From positions 1,116,001 to 1,180,000 of the forward strand of contig OZ025788.1 of the NCBI GenBank assembly GCA_964019425.1: a DNA stretch of 64,000 nt, in the 5' to 3' direction. A program made the translations under genes and the position numbers. This DNA comes from Flectonema sp. DT1601 (Eukaryota). Of the stretch, positions 47,443 to 59,575 are shown in pieces (positions within the stretch are counted from its first letter, which is position 1; every line of letters starts with the position of its first letter). Below the pieces are notes generated by a model. The model ran no database searches. It was not told where the DNA came from and saw only the letters and a list, made by a program, of their open reading frames with translations.

Positions 47443-48823
47443 ATGGCACCAAGGCAACTCCGTAAAGAAGACCTTGACCACGTATTGCGAGTGGGGGCAA
47501 CATTATTTATATTTCATATTTTGCTTTTGGGTTCATGGCATGCAGGATACATAAGCATCTTTCCCACTGCTATTTTATGGGTGTATGTTATAAAGGTGTG
47601 TTTTTTTTTTTTTTTTTTTTTTGTTTTTTTTGTAATCTGTTTTTTAATTATTCGATATCATAAAAAAAAAATAATATAATTTTCTTTTCAGGTCTCATGG
47701 AGATCGGTATCACGCGAAGCAGACATGTTATTTGCTGCTCAAGGAAAGGCCGAGACTGCTGATAGAAAACGTTCTCAGAAAGCTAAGGACAAGTGATTGC
47801 TAACTAACTAGTTGAAGTAACTGCAGTTATTCAGTTTGTTTTAATTTTAATAGATGAACGCCTCAGTGAACAGAGAGGTAAAGCAATTATCAAAGTTAAA
47901 CAAGTTTTAAGTATTCTCTCACCCCCCCCCATTTTCTTAGACGTTGATATTGGTTTGCTTTGAGTGACTCTTTTTCTATAGATACGGTAATGCAGACTGA
48001 CAGCACTAACACTACTAACCACACACCTATTGATGTAGAAGCTGAATTACGTAGACTCGATGCTAGAGGAACTGTTCTAGATTTCGATGATGAAGATAAA
48101 GCAGAAGCAAAGGGTGCCACGCAATTTGCTGTCGGAGTTTTCGTTACTGCTCAGATATCAGGACTATTTCTTGTAGGGAAAGAGTTACCTTTGTGGTTTA
48201 TTGTTATGGGAATGTTTATAGATTATTTATACTTTAAAATAATGATGAGTAATCCGGGGTATTTACCTAAACTTAATACTCCTTCATCAACTTTGACGAC
48301 AGAAATATCAGAGATCTGTTCAAAAATGAGTCCTGAGTATAAAAAAAGATTATTTTGCAAATTTTGTCGGGTAACCAAACCGCCAAGATCCAAGCACTGT
48401 CATAAATGTGGTTTTTGCGTAGCAAAGTTTGACCACCATTGTTTCTGGATAGGTAACTGTGTTGGAGCTTGCAACCATCGTTTTTTTTTGATATTCCTCG
48501 CATTTTTGTCTGTTTGGATGTCTCTTTCTGTTTTTTATTTATTCATTCAGATGCATACAAAATCCTACTCACCCTCAATGGTGATTCTATTCATAGTAAC
48601 ACTCGGGATGTTAATATTCATTCTTCCTTTATTCGTTGGACATTGTCTTTCAGCCATCTTTAATGTCACCACTTGTGAATTCTTGAAACCGACTAGACTC
48701 CCTTACCTACCTCAGGGAGGGGTATCAAATCCTTATTACATCAGCGTGAAAAGTAATCTGAAAAGGTTCTTCTTTGTGACTGATATATTACCGAGTGAAG
48801 ACTGGGAACCTGTTATGGAATAA
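47443..48823 (+). CDS. DHHC palmitoyltransferase; proposed exons 47443-47582, 47692-47792, 47854-47877, 47982-48823
   Basis: KPPRSKHC..FDHHCFWIGNCVG and TTCE motifs; three GT-AG introns give one open frame. Confidence 0.9.
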
Positions 48824-48911
48824 AAAACAGAAACCAGAAAGAGAAGAACTACGTAATTGTTTCTTGTCGTAATTTTATACAGAATATTAAAAAGATGACT
48901 CCCAGGCCATC

Positions 48912-51098
48912 ATGAATGTGAGTTCACTCATTAAGTCAATTCGATATGCGAAGAGAGGTGATACAAAACATATTCAAAAAGTTTCATCATGGGTGATGAA
49001 CTGTGATCCTTACGAATTAACAGCTAACGACACAGCAAGCGTTTTAACTTATTTATCAAAATCAAGATGCGGTGTCGGAGCTGAAAAACTACTTAGAGTT
49101 CTGCCCAATAAAAACGATAACACAATATCGACAATTGCAGCAGCATTGAACACAATTGCGCTTTTAAAAAAAAACATGAACGAGCAATCTGTATCCAGAT
49201 TTGTGGACAACCTTCTTGCAAAAAGTACAAAAATATCAATAAAAAACCTTGAGATACCGACAGTTGTTATTCTCTCAAGGGCATCGTTTGATCTTTCGAT
49301 ATTTAATAAAGTTTTTTTAACTCCAAACTCATATGGCGAAACCGTCGCAGGAGCTTTATTAACAGAGGCTAATCACGACAAGAGTCTTGTAAAGAAACAC
49401 CCGCTAAATGTATGCGAGCTTACAAGGGCGTTGGCTGCATTGTTTGAAGCGACTGGTGAGGATCGGTATCGAGAGGCTTGCTCGAAATTCTTTTCAAAAA
49501 ATAATTCGATACTAAAAACTATTGAAATCCCTGTGGCTGCGTCATTATTAAATAGTTTGCAAAAGTTGAATTCTGATTCAGATATACATTATGAAATTTG
49601 TAAAACATTATCGAAATTACGAATCCACAGCGTGACTTCTGACGTACCCGTTTCTCGACTTCTCCATCAGCTTGCGACAGTTCAGTTTATTAATAACGAC
49701 GTGTTGCGTAAGTTAGAAATTGTATATTGCGCACGATTAAGTATGTCATCCCTCACTGCATCGCATTCAATCTCGCAAACTCTGTGGTCATTTAATAGCT
49801 TGCAGTATAATCCGATTGACTTAACGAAAAAAATTATGAAAAATCCGATCCCATGGATGTCACAATTTCCTATTAGAGATTTGATCACAAGCATTCAAGC
49901 TCTCGTAGATAGAAATAATGTTGACAGCAACCATCGTTTGAGAGTTTTGCGAACGGTATTTCCGATACTTATAAATCGTATAGAGGATTATTATGGCTAT
50001 CAGAAATTAATTGTAGTGGAAACACCAATAGAAAAAAAAACTGTAGAAAAACATTTGGTTGAAAGTAATAAAACGGAAACGGTATTGAACACTTTGGAAG
50101 ATTTTCAATTCGATGATTTTACTAATGAAACTGACGATTTGTCAGAAATTAATTCACTACCTTGGAATGATTTATCAGAGATGGATGATGAAGGTGTTTC
50201 TCAAATTGAAAATGAGAGCATACCCACACCCGTATATGATGATGAACAACATAAAGACGATCATCAGAATGAATCTGACTTGCGTGTCATACTTCCTTGG
50301 GATCCGAATTCCATTCCAAAATCAGAACAGATTGATAACCTGCTTAAGGAATGTTTAGACAAACATAACACACGTTTGGAATTGTCTTCGAAAGGAAATA
50401 AAATATCAGCTACTTGGAAACTTCAAAAATCAAACAAACCATCCCTACAACAACAGTCTCAACAAGTTATCAATAATGAAGTGATCAAAAGTGAAATAGT
50501 AATGTACGCACCTTTGTTGATGAATTTGTATGGTGTTTTTTGCCCAGACACTCAACTAGTAAAAAGTTTATTTAACAAATGCAGCAACTTAATATCAACA
50601 AACTACACCGGTTACAGTAATCGTCACATGGTATTGTTACTGCGAGCATTTAGTGAATCCTCTGTTGTTGTTAAACCAGTGTTGGATTTAATAAGTGAGA
50701 CTTACAGAAGTTCAGCAAAGGATAACACTTTATCTTTATTGGATTATGCATTTGGTGTATTGCAATTTCAAAGATTGGGGTATAGGGATGTCATACCATC
50801 GTTGATTACTTGCATGGAGGAGTCGACAGATGTGATTTCAGAATCAAATATCGGAAGTGTGTTATCAGCGTATAGCGTTTGTAGTATTTATTCAGAGATC
50901 GTTTTTTCAGCTGTGGCTGATGCTCTTCATGATGGTTTGTGGAGTCGCATGTCTGAAGCAAAGCAGACTTCGGCTCTTAATGTGTTTACGAATTTCTCAG
51001 TTGAATCAAAAATAATAAATCTACGAGGAATTGAACAAGAGATATCAGCAATAATGTCATCAGTCACTTCCACACCGAAGAAGATTGCTCTCGATTAG
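48912..51098 (+). CDS. Helical-repeat protein, possibly FAST/RAP-type organellar RNA-binding
   Basis: 728-aa ORF with ISQTLWSFNSLQY-type repeats. Confidence 0.6.
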   Translation: MNVSSLIKSIRYAKRGDTKHIQKVSSWVMNCDPYELTANDTASVLTYLSKSRCGVGAEKLLRVLPNKNDNTISTIAAALNTIALLKKNMNEQSVSRFVDNLLAKSTKISIKNLEIPTVVILSRASFDLSIFNKVFLTPNSYGETVAGALLTEANHDKSLVKKHPLNVCELTRALAALFEATGEDRYREACSKFFSKNNSILKTIEIPVAASLLNSLQKLNSDSDIHYEICKTLSKLRIHSVTSDVPVSRLLHQLATVQFINNDVLRKLEIVYCARLSMSSLTASHSISQTLWSFNSLQYNPIDLTKKIMKNPIPWMSQFPIRDLITSIQALVDRNNVDSNHRLRVLRTVFPILINRIEDYYGYQKLIVVETPIEKKTVEKHLVESNKTETVLNTLEDFQFDDFTNETDDLSEINSLPWNDLSEMDDEGVSQIENESIPTPVYDDEQHKDDHQNESDLRVILPWDPNSIPKSEQIDNLLKECLDKHNTRLELSSKGNKISATWKLQKSNKPSLQQQSQQVINNEVIKSEIVMYAPLLMNLYGVFCPDTQLVKSLFNKCSNLISTNYTGYSNRHMVLLLRAFSESSVVVKPVLDLISETYRSSAKDNTLSLLDYAFGVLQFQRLGYRDVIPSLITCMEESTDVISESNIGSVLSAYSVCSIYSEIVFSAVADALHDGLWSRMSEAKQTSALNVFTNFSVESKIINLRGIEQEISAIMSSVTSTPKKIALD

Positions 51099-51246
51099 AG
51101 AACTGTTCGTGAGGTGTTATGTTATTAGTCGCGTATTTTGTATTAATTTTTTAGCTTTGACAGAAACCACTTTCTCATATATATTCAGAGTGAGGTCAAC
51201 TGAACTTTTAACAATTAATTTATATATTCTCAGCTAGTAACTCTGG

Positions 51247-51663
51247 ATGAGTGATTACCTTAGGAGGGTAGCCAGCTTTGACAACTCATTGACGGCACCT
51301 CTTCTCTATAATTTCAACAAATTTGTTGAAAATGAAGCTACTCAGGCGCTTAAAGAACCTCCGAGATGTCGGGAAACTATAAAAAATAAATTTAAATCTA
51401 CCCGAAATCACTACGAGGCAGTTGAAGAACAACTCATCCAAGAAGATGAACAACAGAATGAGAGACACTCTCATTTAGAATCGAAAGCCTTTATTACAAA
51501 AGGAGCCTATGTAACACCTGATCACTTACAGCCATGGGAACCTCCACTAAGAAAAGTACACTTGATTGATATGCTTCAGAGTAGGATTAGAGAAGAGATT
51601 TTATTTGATACACAACTCAGAGATCGTAATCAGCGAATGATTCAACAATCTTACAAAGAGTGA
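51247..51663 (+). CDS. Hypothetical protein
   Basis: 138-aa ORF with normal composition, on the cluster strand. Confidence 0.6.
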   Translation: MSDYLRRVASFDNSLTAPLLYNFNKFVENEATQALKEPPRCRETIKNKFKSTRNHYEAVEEQLIQEDEQQNERHSHLESKAFITKGAYVTPDHLQPWEPPLRKVHLIDMLQSRIREEILFDTQLRDRNQRMIQQSYKE

Positions 51664-52183
51664 ACTTGAATTAATAACCTTTCTAGGAAATAATTAATTT
51701 AGTTTTATTTATTATTTTTTTTTTTTTTTTTTGTTGGAAATCTTCCTATTGCAGTCCGTTCTTATTATTGACAGGTACCAAGTTCTCATACTGAAGTGGG
51801 AGGAGTGTTTTATTTGTTATTTTAGTTGCCGTCCATCTATTCATTACTTTTATATTACAAACAGTCATTGTAATAATGATGTGCAAACACCATTTCGATA
51901 ATCATTCTCGAAAGCGTTTAAAATGTGATCGGGCAGTTGCTGTGTCAGGAAGGCCATCGAAAAGACTATTTGAATGTGATGTTATTTGTGAAAAACGACC
52001 AAAACCTGACTTGCAAAAAACATGCAATGCAACCATCGCGACATACCAACGAACTGCTGTGTGGCCGTACAGTCTTTCAACTACTCTGTGGCCAAGGATG
52101 TGACCTCGGATGATGTTTGACAGCGAGTCACTTTATTTAATGAAAGTTATCTGAATCAGTGCAGATACTCTAATACTACTACC

Positions 52184-52497
52184 AAGCAATCTCTAATGTT
52201 GTCTTCATTCTCGTAGTGGAAGTCATTCACTCCTTGAGGTAGCAACTTGTTGATGAAGACTTGCGTTGTGAAGAGTTGTGTTGTTGCAGTACATTTTTCA
52301 TTAAATTTATATTTCGCAGTTGAACTTGTTCACTTATTTAGATAATCACCCCGACTGCCCTCATCATAAAATAATGAGGACTCGTGTTCCCTTAAATAGA
52401 CTTCACCACTAAGCAATCTCTAATGTTGTTTTGATTCTCGTAGTGGAAGTCATTCACTCCTTGAGGTAGCAACTTGTTGATGAAGACTTGTGTTGTG
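52184..52497 (+). repeat. ~87-bp direct repeat pair (52184-52270, 52411-52497)
   Basis: aagcaatctctaatgttg..gatgaagacttg(c/t)gttgtg occurs twice. Confidence 0.9.
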
Positions 52498-53212
52498 TTG
52501 TAATTTTAGTTGGGATTATTCACACTCTCAATAATTATTTTTATGGTAGCGCCCTTACAAATCAGCCATCTTTAAATAAACGACTGAGAAAAAAATGTGG
52601 GCTCGATGAGTATCACCTAGAAGGAAAAGAAGTATCGCTTTGGTAGGCGCATTGCTCTACTTTCGTGCGGGGTTTATCTAACCATACATTCTTGTTGGAC
52701 GCTGCAGGGACTTTTTATTTATTTATTTTATGTTTCATTTTATCCCGTCTTTTATCATATCGTATCCTCCCTCTGATTATTGTGGGCCCATAGCCCACGA
52801 CTGACTATGAGATAGGGTCTTTAAATGCCTATAGGAGTTGTCATCTACGAACAACCAAAAAAGAAAAAAATCTGTTGTCAGAAAATTTGTGTCTTGAGTT
52901 TTAATTTGTGTTGTCATCGTCTCAATGATTTTGAGAAAATGTCAAATTAGTTATTGTGCTGCCCGATGGCGGATCATTGTTTTCTTCACATCAAATGGTA
53001 TTTACCCTCGTTGTCGTTCCTCTCTAACTTTTCAACATAATATTATAACGAAAGATTCTTTTTAAAAAAAAAAAAAAAAAAAAAACAATTTTCTCTGATT
53101 ACAGATTGCTACAATATATGATTAACTAACTATGAATGATTTGAGTATGGTAAACTTTTTAACATTTTTTTTTTTGTATTTATCAATATTTATAAACACA
53201 GTCAATACAACG

Positions 53213-54244
53213 ATGTCTTCTCCAGAAAAGACAAAGCGACCATCTGAGACAGATGACTGTGAGGAAATAAAACGCCCGAAAACTAGTCCTCCGGCAATCC
53301 CATCGTGTGACAGTGGACAAGTGTTGTCAAAATTATCTGAAGATTCGAATTTGTTTAAAATAACAAACTCTCCGTATGGAAAAGATAGAAATAAACTTTA
53401 CGGATGGGGCAATGTGTTTTCAAAGATTCCAGCTCAGTGTAAATCAAAATATGTTCACATTGGGATGAGTAGTTTGAATGGTGTTCCGATGCCTGGAACA
53501 AAACAAACCCGAGAAATGTCAAAATTAATTCAAGTTTTTGGAAGAAAATTTAACACGTTGGAACACTGTGCGACTTTTTATCGATTGAACGATGACAGCT
53601 CTTGGAATTCGTGGAAAAAAATGTGTCTGGACATCTCAAAAACTAATTTTAAAATTACTGTAAAAACTCATAAAATGTTCACCCACGACAACAACCTCTT
53701 GATTACCGACGACATTAGAGGTCATTTGGTTAATTTTATTCGAAAATGTAGATTGTTAGAAACAGCTTTGGGACCAATACTGATTCAATTACCGCCAACA
53801 TTTTCAAAAAGTAGTGAGAATATTGGGAAGTTGAAAACTTTATCGAATATGCTTCCGTCAGATTTAAGATTTGCATTTGAATTTCGAAGTTCTTCGATGT
53901 ACTGCGATGAGGTTTATGATATTATGAGAGAGAATAATTGGATTATTGTTTTATATCATCTTTGTGATGAGAAAAAAAATTTCACCACCCCTTTTATCGA
54001 TACCTGTCAAGACACTGCTTACATAAGATTACACGGAGCGTCTCAACAGTTTTCAGGTGATTATGGTCCGGCAGAGCTTACAAAATGGTCATCGTTTATC
54101 GCCTCTCTCGCTCAACAAAAAAAACATGTTTACATATTCATGAATAATAATGAGTCCTTCGTTGGTGATGTTAGGAGTTCTGTTGTTGACGCGACTTGTA
54201 TCAGTCAGCAGGTTAACAAATTGATGTCGGAAAATAAGAAATGA
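53213..54244 (+). CDS. DUF72 (YecE-like) TIM-barrel protein
   Basis: FNTLEHCATFY, LGPILIQLPPTF, FAFEFR, AYIRLHG, YIFMNN. Confidence 0.9.
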   Translation: MSSPEKTKRPSETDDCEEIKRPKTSPPAIPSCDSGQVLSKLSEDSNLFKITNSPYGKDRNKLYGWGNVFSKIPAQCKSKYVHIGMSSLNGVPMPGTKQTREMSKLIQVFGRKFNTLEHCATFYRLNDDSSWNSWKKMCLDISKTNFKITVKTHKMFTHDNNLLITDDIRGHLVNFIRKCRLLETALGPILIQLPPTFSKSSENIGKLKTLSNMLPSDLRFAFEFRSSSMYCDEVYDIMRENNWIIVLYHLCDEKKNFTTPFIDTCQDTAYIRLHGASQQFSGDYGPAELTKWSSFIASLAQQKKHVYIFMNNNESFVGDVRSSVVDATCISQQVNKLMSENKK

Positions 54245-55063
54245 GTCTACGATGAACACTCACGCAGAGTTGCGTGAAATAGGAAGATAAGAATTTCACC
54301 CCGCACCTTTTATCGATATTTATTTAGATCTGAACAGTTTTCAGGTGATTATGGCTCACAGAATGGCCATCGCTCATCGCCTCTCTCTCGTGTGAATAAG
54401 AACGTTTTCCCCCCTTTTTTTTTCCTGTATCCAACATGGTGGTCCTTATTTCTGATGATTTACTTACGAAACGTTTCTCCTATTTAAATGTGAATCTTAG
54501 AATTTGCGTACCTCTGAATTCTTCCTTCTTTGTTATCTCAGATTTTGTTTGTCTTTTTTCTTTTCCCTTTTGTGTCTTACTAGAGTTTTTAGATGAAGAG
54601 GTGAACGATCCTCGTTCCGGGGTTTTCTATTTTCTTTCGTAGAGTGTGGGCATATGGCACATGTGGTCGTATTATAAAGAAAGATGTCTATGAAAGAAAG
54701 AAGATTTTTTATTTTTTTCACCTTCCCCCCCACTCCCGGATCATTTCTCTTTTATTTTCTTTAGTTGTTTACAACCTGTTAGCCTCTGGGCAAGGTGGAG
54801 GCTGGAAGTCGATCACTTCCAGCCAATACTATGAAACTACAATCTTCGCGATTGGGTCCTTACTGATGCGGGCTACCCAGACCCCTCGTAGTCATCAGTT
54901 TGTATTTTGCTAACTAAACTAAAATTAGATTGTTTTATTCTTCCAGATTTTTGTGATTACAATTAATTCACACGTTCCAAGGAGTATAACAATCTCATTA
55001 TGGATGGAAGTGGTCTTTTTTTGAGGATGATTTATTATTATTATTTTTTTTTTTTTTAAACAG

Positions 55064-56155
55064 ATGATGGACACGACTCTAACCACAGAGTGCGAGACGT
55101 CACTGAATTCTGTGTTCATAAAATGGAAACCAAAGATTGCTTTAAAGGCCGTATTGGGAAGGAAATCAAAAGACATCGGTGATGGAATTGGCTGCGTGTC
55201 ATTTGGTAATTTAACATGTAGTAATTTATATACTGTCGGACTGTTGGATAGTGAGGGTCATACAATTACTAAGATGCAAGTAAAGACGAAGCCATCAATT
55301 ATAACAGGTGAACATTGTATGAGAAACTTTATTCATCCTTCTCTTCATCCGAATGATATCCAATGGGTTCATGATGTTGATGATGAGTATCTCTGGTCCT
55401 TTAGAGAGCTTCTTGAAAATAAGAATTACATCAGAAGACTGTTTCGAGAAGCATGTTTTATCCTTCCGAATGCTCGTCATTTGGTACTTCCAAACCCGAG
55501 AAAGCGTTACTGTATTGATCTTAGTAAGAATGTTAAGTGGGGACGTGATAAAATTATGAGAAAATCTCGTCTTTCGAAATATCGAATAACAATGAACAGA
55601 CACTTTAGAAAAAGTGTGATAGCCGTGAGGAATGCTCACAGTTATAAATACGGAGCGGAATCAGTTTGGTTAGAAGACGACCTTTGCGATTTCTTAGAAG
55701 AAGATCACCGACACTGTGATCCGGTTACTCAAATACAACACCACACCTTTGAACTTTGGGAAGGAAATGAACTTCTTGCTGTCTGTGTTGGATACACAGC
55801 AGGTGCGATGTGGCACGACTATACCCACGCAGCTATTGTTAGAGATGACCGAAGAGCAGGTACAATTCTAACTAAAGCTGTTGGCCACTTGTTAACACAA
55901 TGTGGTATTAAACTTTGGTACTGGGGAATCTGTGGTAAGACTACTTCCTATATGTCTGATTACAATTCTTATGGTGGTTCTGAATTCCCCCGAGAACAAT
56001 TCGTTCCTCTTTGGCACGATGCGCTTGAAGCAACTCCAAAATACTCTCCACAGGAAGCATTGGATGCTGGGCTTTCTCTTGTTCAACAAGCTGATGCGGA
56101 TTACTTTAATGTAGATGTCAGTACATCAGTACCAGAGCAATCAACCCCACCGTAA
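55064..56155 (+). CDS. Leucyl/phenylalanyl-tRNA-protein transferase-like protein
   Basis: HTFELWEGNELLAVCVGYTAG, AGTIL..LWYWG..SYM; preceded by ITMNRHF..H....SVWL. Confidence 0.7.
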   Translation: MMDTTLTTECETSLNSVFIKWKPKIALKAVLGRKSKDIGDGIGCVSFGNLTCSNLYTVGLLDSEGHTITKMQVKTKPSIITGEHCMRNFIHPSLHPNDIQWVHDVDDEYLWSFRELLENKNYIRRLFREACFILPNARHLVLPNPRKRYCIDLSKNVKWGRDKIMRKSRLSKYRITMNRHFRKSVIAVRNAHSYKYGAESVWLEDDLCDFLEEDHRHCDPVTQIQHHTFELWEGNELLAVCVGYTAGAMWHDYTHAAIVRDDRRAGTILTKAVGHLLTQCGIKLWYWGICGKTTSYMSDYNSYGGSEFPREQFVPLWHDALEATPKYSPQEALDAGLSLVQQADADYFNVDVSTSVPEQSTPP

Positions 56156-59100
56156 TATTAATATTGGTACGTATGCATGCGATTCTATGCGAGTTATTTG
56201 TGTGTCAATTTCTAACCATTTTAGAATTTTTTCTAGGGAGAATGGAAATAGAAAAAAGAATCGGCAAACTTCACTTTTTACTCACACTTTTGTTTTGTTT
56301 GTGCGCAACCGGCGCAAAATCCTAATAAAGGAATAGGTTAGTTACGCTGCCATAATTCTCTTTCTACCGAACAATGGGTTTGTAGGTACAATTTTTTTTT
56401 GTTTTTTTTTAAAATTTCCAACGTTTTTGGTTCTGGTTTTTCTTTCCCCCCTTTTTTCCCCTTCTTTCTCTTGACTGATTAAATAGAATGAGGTCGAGGG
56501 GACTTCTAAAGAGGAACAAACTTGGGGGATGAAACACTCATACTGATCCATATCACGCGTATTGCAGTCTGCCTCAGTGGTGGCCTGGTGGCCTGGTGGT
56601 CAAAGGAGGCACATTCGAGGTCTCTGCGGTCCCTGATCCTAGACCAGATAACAAGGTCACATACCGTTCAAAGAAGAGACTGCAACAACAGACTGTGCAG
56701 GCCTTCTTGTATTGGCAGTCGTGTTATCAAAAGACTTGTCTGAATTCAAAGTTGACTTCAAACCAAAGACATCGTTCTGGATGATAGATATCTTTGGTGT
56801 TGGATTGCTGCGACAGCGTCTAGGAATTAATACCCTACCATCTGTGCATGCGGAAGTACACGGGACACTTCCACCGGCAGTCGTCAGCCCAAGTCAGGAA
56901 CATTTTTTACCCAGAATCTCGCAGGCTCATCATTGGGGCAAGAAAGCAGAGCTACCCTGCCTGTGGAATAGAGTGCACTGAAGTAACCAACCAGGGGATG
57001 CATTATGCTCTCTTGGAGGGCCCGTAGACCGCCGAGGTGTAATTTTACCTTCGAAGTCTCTTATCGTAAAATAAAACGTAGATGCAAAATTAGATACAGA
57101 TTTTCACTTGTGGGCTGGTTTTTACCTCTTTTTCTTTACCTCACACACGGCAAAAACTCACCCGCGTGTGAATATCAGGCTATCTGATTTTCATCAAAGC
57201 AATAGTTATTTCTTTTTTTTTTTGCATTTAACAAGTATTATTGGAACGAAAAAAAAAGAATGTTGGCAACACGTAAACTTCCTTTAGCTTTATCAGTTTA
57301 AGTCGGTTCACGGTTTTCGTGACACAAACAGAAAAACATAAACACTGTGTTATATAACACAGTTCAAGTTAAAGCCAACTCATTTTTTCCCCCTTCTTTT
57401 TCTCTCCTTTTTTCTTTTCATGTTCTGCATGGTTAGAACAAAGTGTTTCCGCATCCTTGTTGCGGGTTAATTAAAGCTTTCTTGACTACCTTTGTTGTTG
57501 TAAAGTGATTGGTGTGATCTTCATGCCAGTAATCCGTCGGAAAAAAAACAAACAAGCAAACAACACCAACAATACTATTAATTCTTTCTCAGTATTTGGG
57601 ATATTGAATTTTGAAAAAGAAAAGAAAAACGAACAGTAAGCCTAACAGATACACTTAAGGAGTGCGCGCAGTGAATACTTATGTAGACAGTTCAGATAAG
57701 TCTTGCTATATATTGATGTCGATGTGAGTGTTTTTTTTTTTTTTAATTCCAACCTAAGTGAACTCAGGGTGCTGTCATAGTTGGTATCAGTCGTTTTTTT
57801 TTTTTTGCTTAAGTTTGATGAATAGCGTTTCCTGAAACTCAACTCTGAGAAATCAGGTCAAATCCTTTTATTAAACGTTTGCTAGCATATTCAATCAAAG
57901 AGACTCTTAATGCCGATTTCTGACTTTTTTTTTCCTCTTTTTCTTGAACCGAATGTTGAGCCGCATATGTAATTTTGCAGGTTTGTGAACGAACACTTAA
58001 CTTTTCCCATCTTTCCAAAAAAGTTACGTAACAACGAGTTAACTCAGAACGATATTATTTGGTTTGGGCAGCACGAAAAGGGGAAAGCCATGTATTTGGT
58101 GAGACGAGAAAACAAATCATGTTCGTGTAGAAGGTGAACTTTGACTCCTTCCTGGGAACAATTTCTTGGGACCTCGTGGCCTCACTTTAACTCGGAATTT
58201 ATGTCACTCTGTCCCCAGAAATGTACCTCGGGAGTAGTAGTTCACTTTCTTTCGAGCAAAAAACGACTGTTTTTTTTTCCTCCTTCCTCCTCCTGTTGTT
58301 GTTTTATTTTCTTCCTAAATCGTTTTCTGTTTCTTGGAGGGGGAAAAAAAAAAAAGAAAAAGGAAAAGAACTAACATTTTTCATCACCCTGGCCTAGTTA
58401 AAAATGTCGGGACCAGAATGTCCTTTGAGTTTTCTTAATTTTACAGGCATAAACGATTTTATTTTTTATTTTTTTACTCGGTTTCTTCCGTTCTGAGAAA
58501 CCACAATGATCACTTAACAAGTACATATACATCAGCGAGAGGGACACTTGTCGATTATTAGTTAGTTTTCGTCTTTCTAGTTCTTGTTGGTTTCCTCCAA
58601 TTGATGTATGGATTACTCTCAAAACCTAAATAGTTACTTCAAAAGGGCTAAGTTAAGCATCACCAAGGTTTGCATTATCCTTAGCAGATTGCTAAATTAT
58701 CCGTTTGTGTTATACAGTACAGTTTGTATTTTTATGAAATTCAGACTTTCAACTCCCCGACCGAGCCTCAGTCTTGTAGTTTTGTCGGTATTTAGTAACA
58801 TGAATTGTTTAAGGCAATCGTCATCAACCTTTCCCTCCCCCTCCTTCACTTCTTTTCTCAGTCTTGTTTTGTTGTCTGTTTTCTGTTCTCTTTCTTCAGT
58901 ACTGAGGGACAATAATATTAATTAGATAACTTTTTAAGAGTGCCATAAAAACCAAGTGAACGCAATCATTAAATGCTCTTTTTTTTTGTTGAGATTCTGA
59001 TACCAAAGACTGACATGACTTAAAAATAAAAAAAAAGGAAAGAAACTAAAACACTAGCTCCGTGTCAAGGTATCAGATTCCCCTGTTCTGTTCTTCAAAA

Positions 59101-59575
59101 ACTGTGTTTGTGTGTATCTGACTTACTCTAAGAGCATTGTCTTTCCCTTAATGGTATAACAACATAAATTGTGAATACCTATTGCGTCTCGAATGATCAG
59201 CTCTGCCCATTAAAAAAGTTTGTTCTATAATAGTGGTGTTATGTTTTTTTTCTTCTTTTTTGTTTTTTTTAAATGAGCCTCCTCCTGCTCAGCATTTTTC
59301 CGATTGCACGCTGAGATAAGATATTTGTTTTATGGTTGGGTTCTTGTTGACTTTTATTTCTGGAAAAAAAAAAAAAAAAAAAAAAAAAAAACAGCTGCAG
59401 CAAAAACCAATTGGATACTTAACTCTGATAGTACGTATCAAGAGGTAGATCCGGCACTCATATTATTGGTGCTATTGCTGTTAAAAAACTTGTAGTTTCG
59501 ATTCAGTGTTTACATTTTTTTTTAAAAAATTAAATTTAAACCATCTCTTTTTTCTTTTTTTAGAATTTCTAAATT

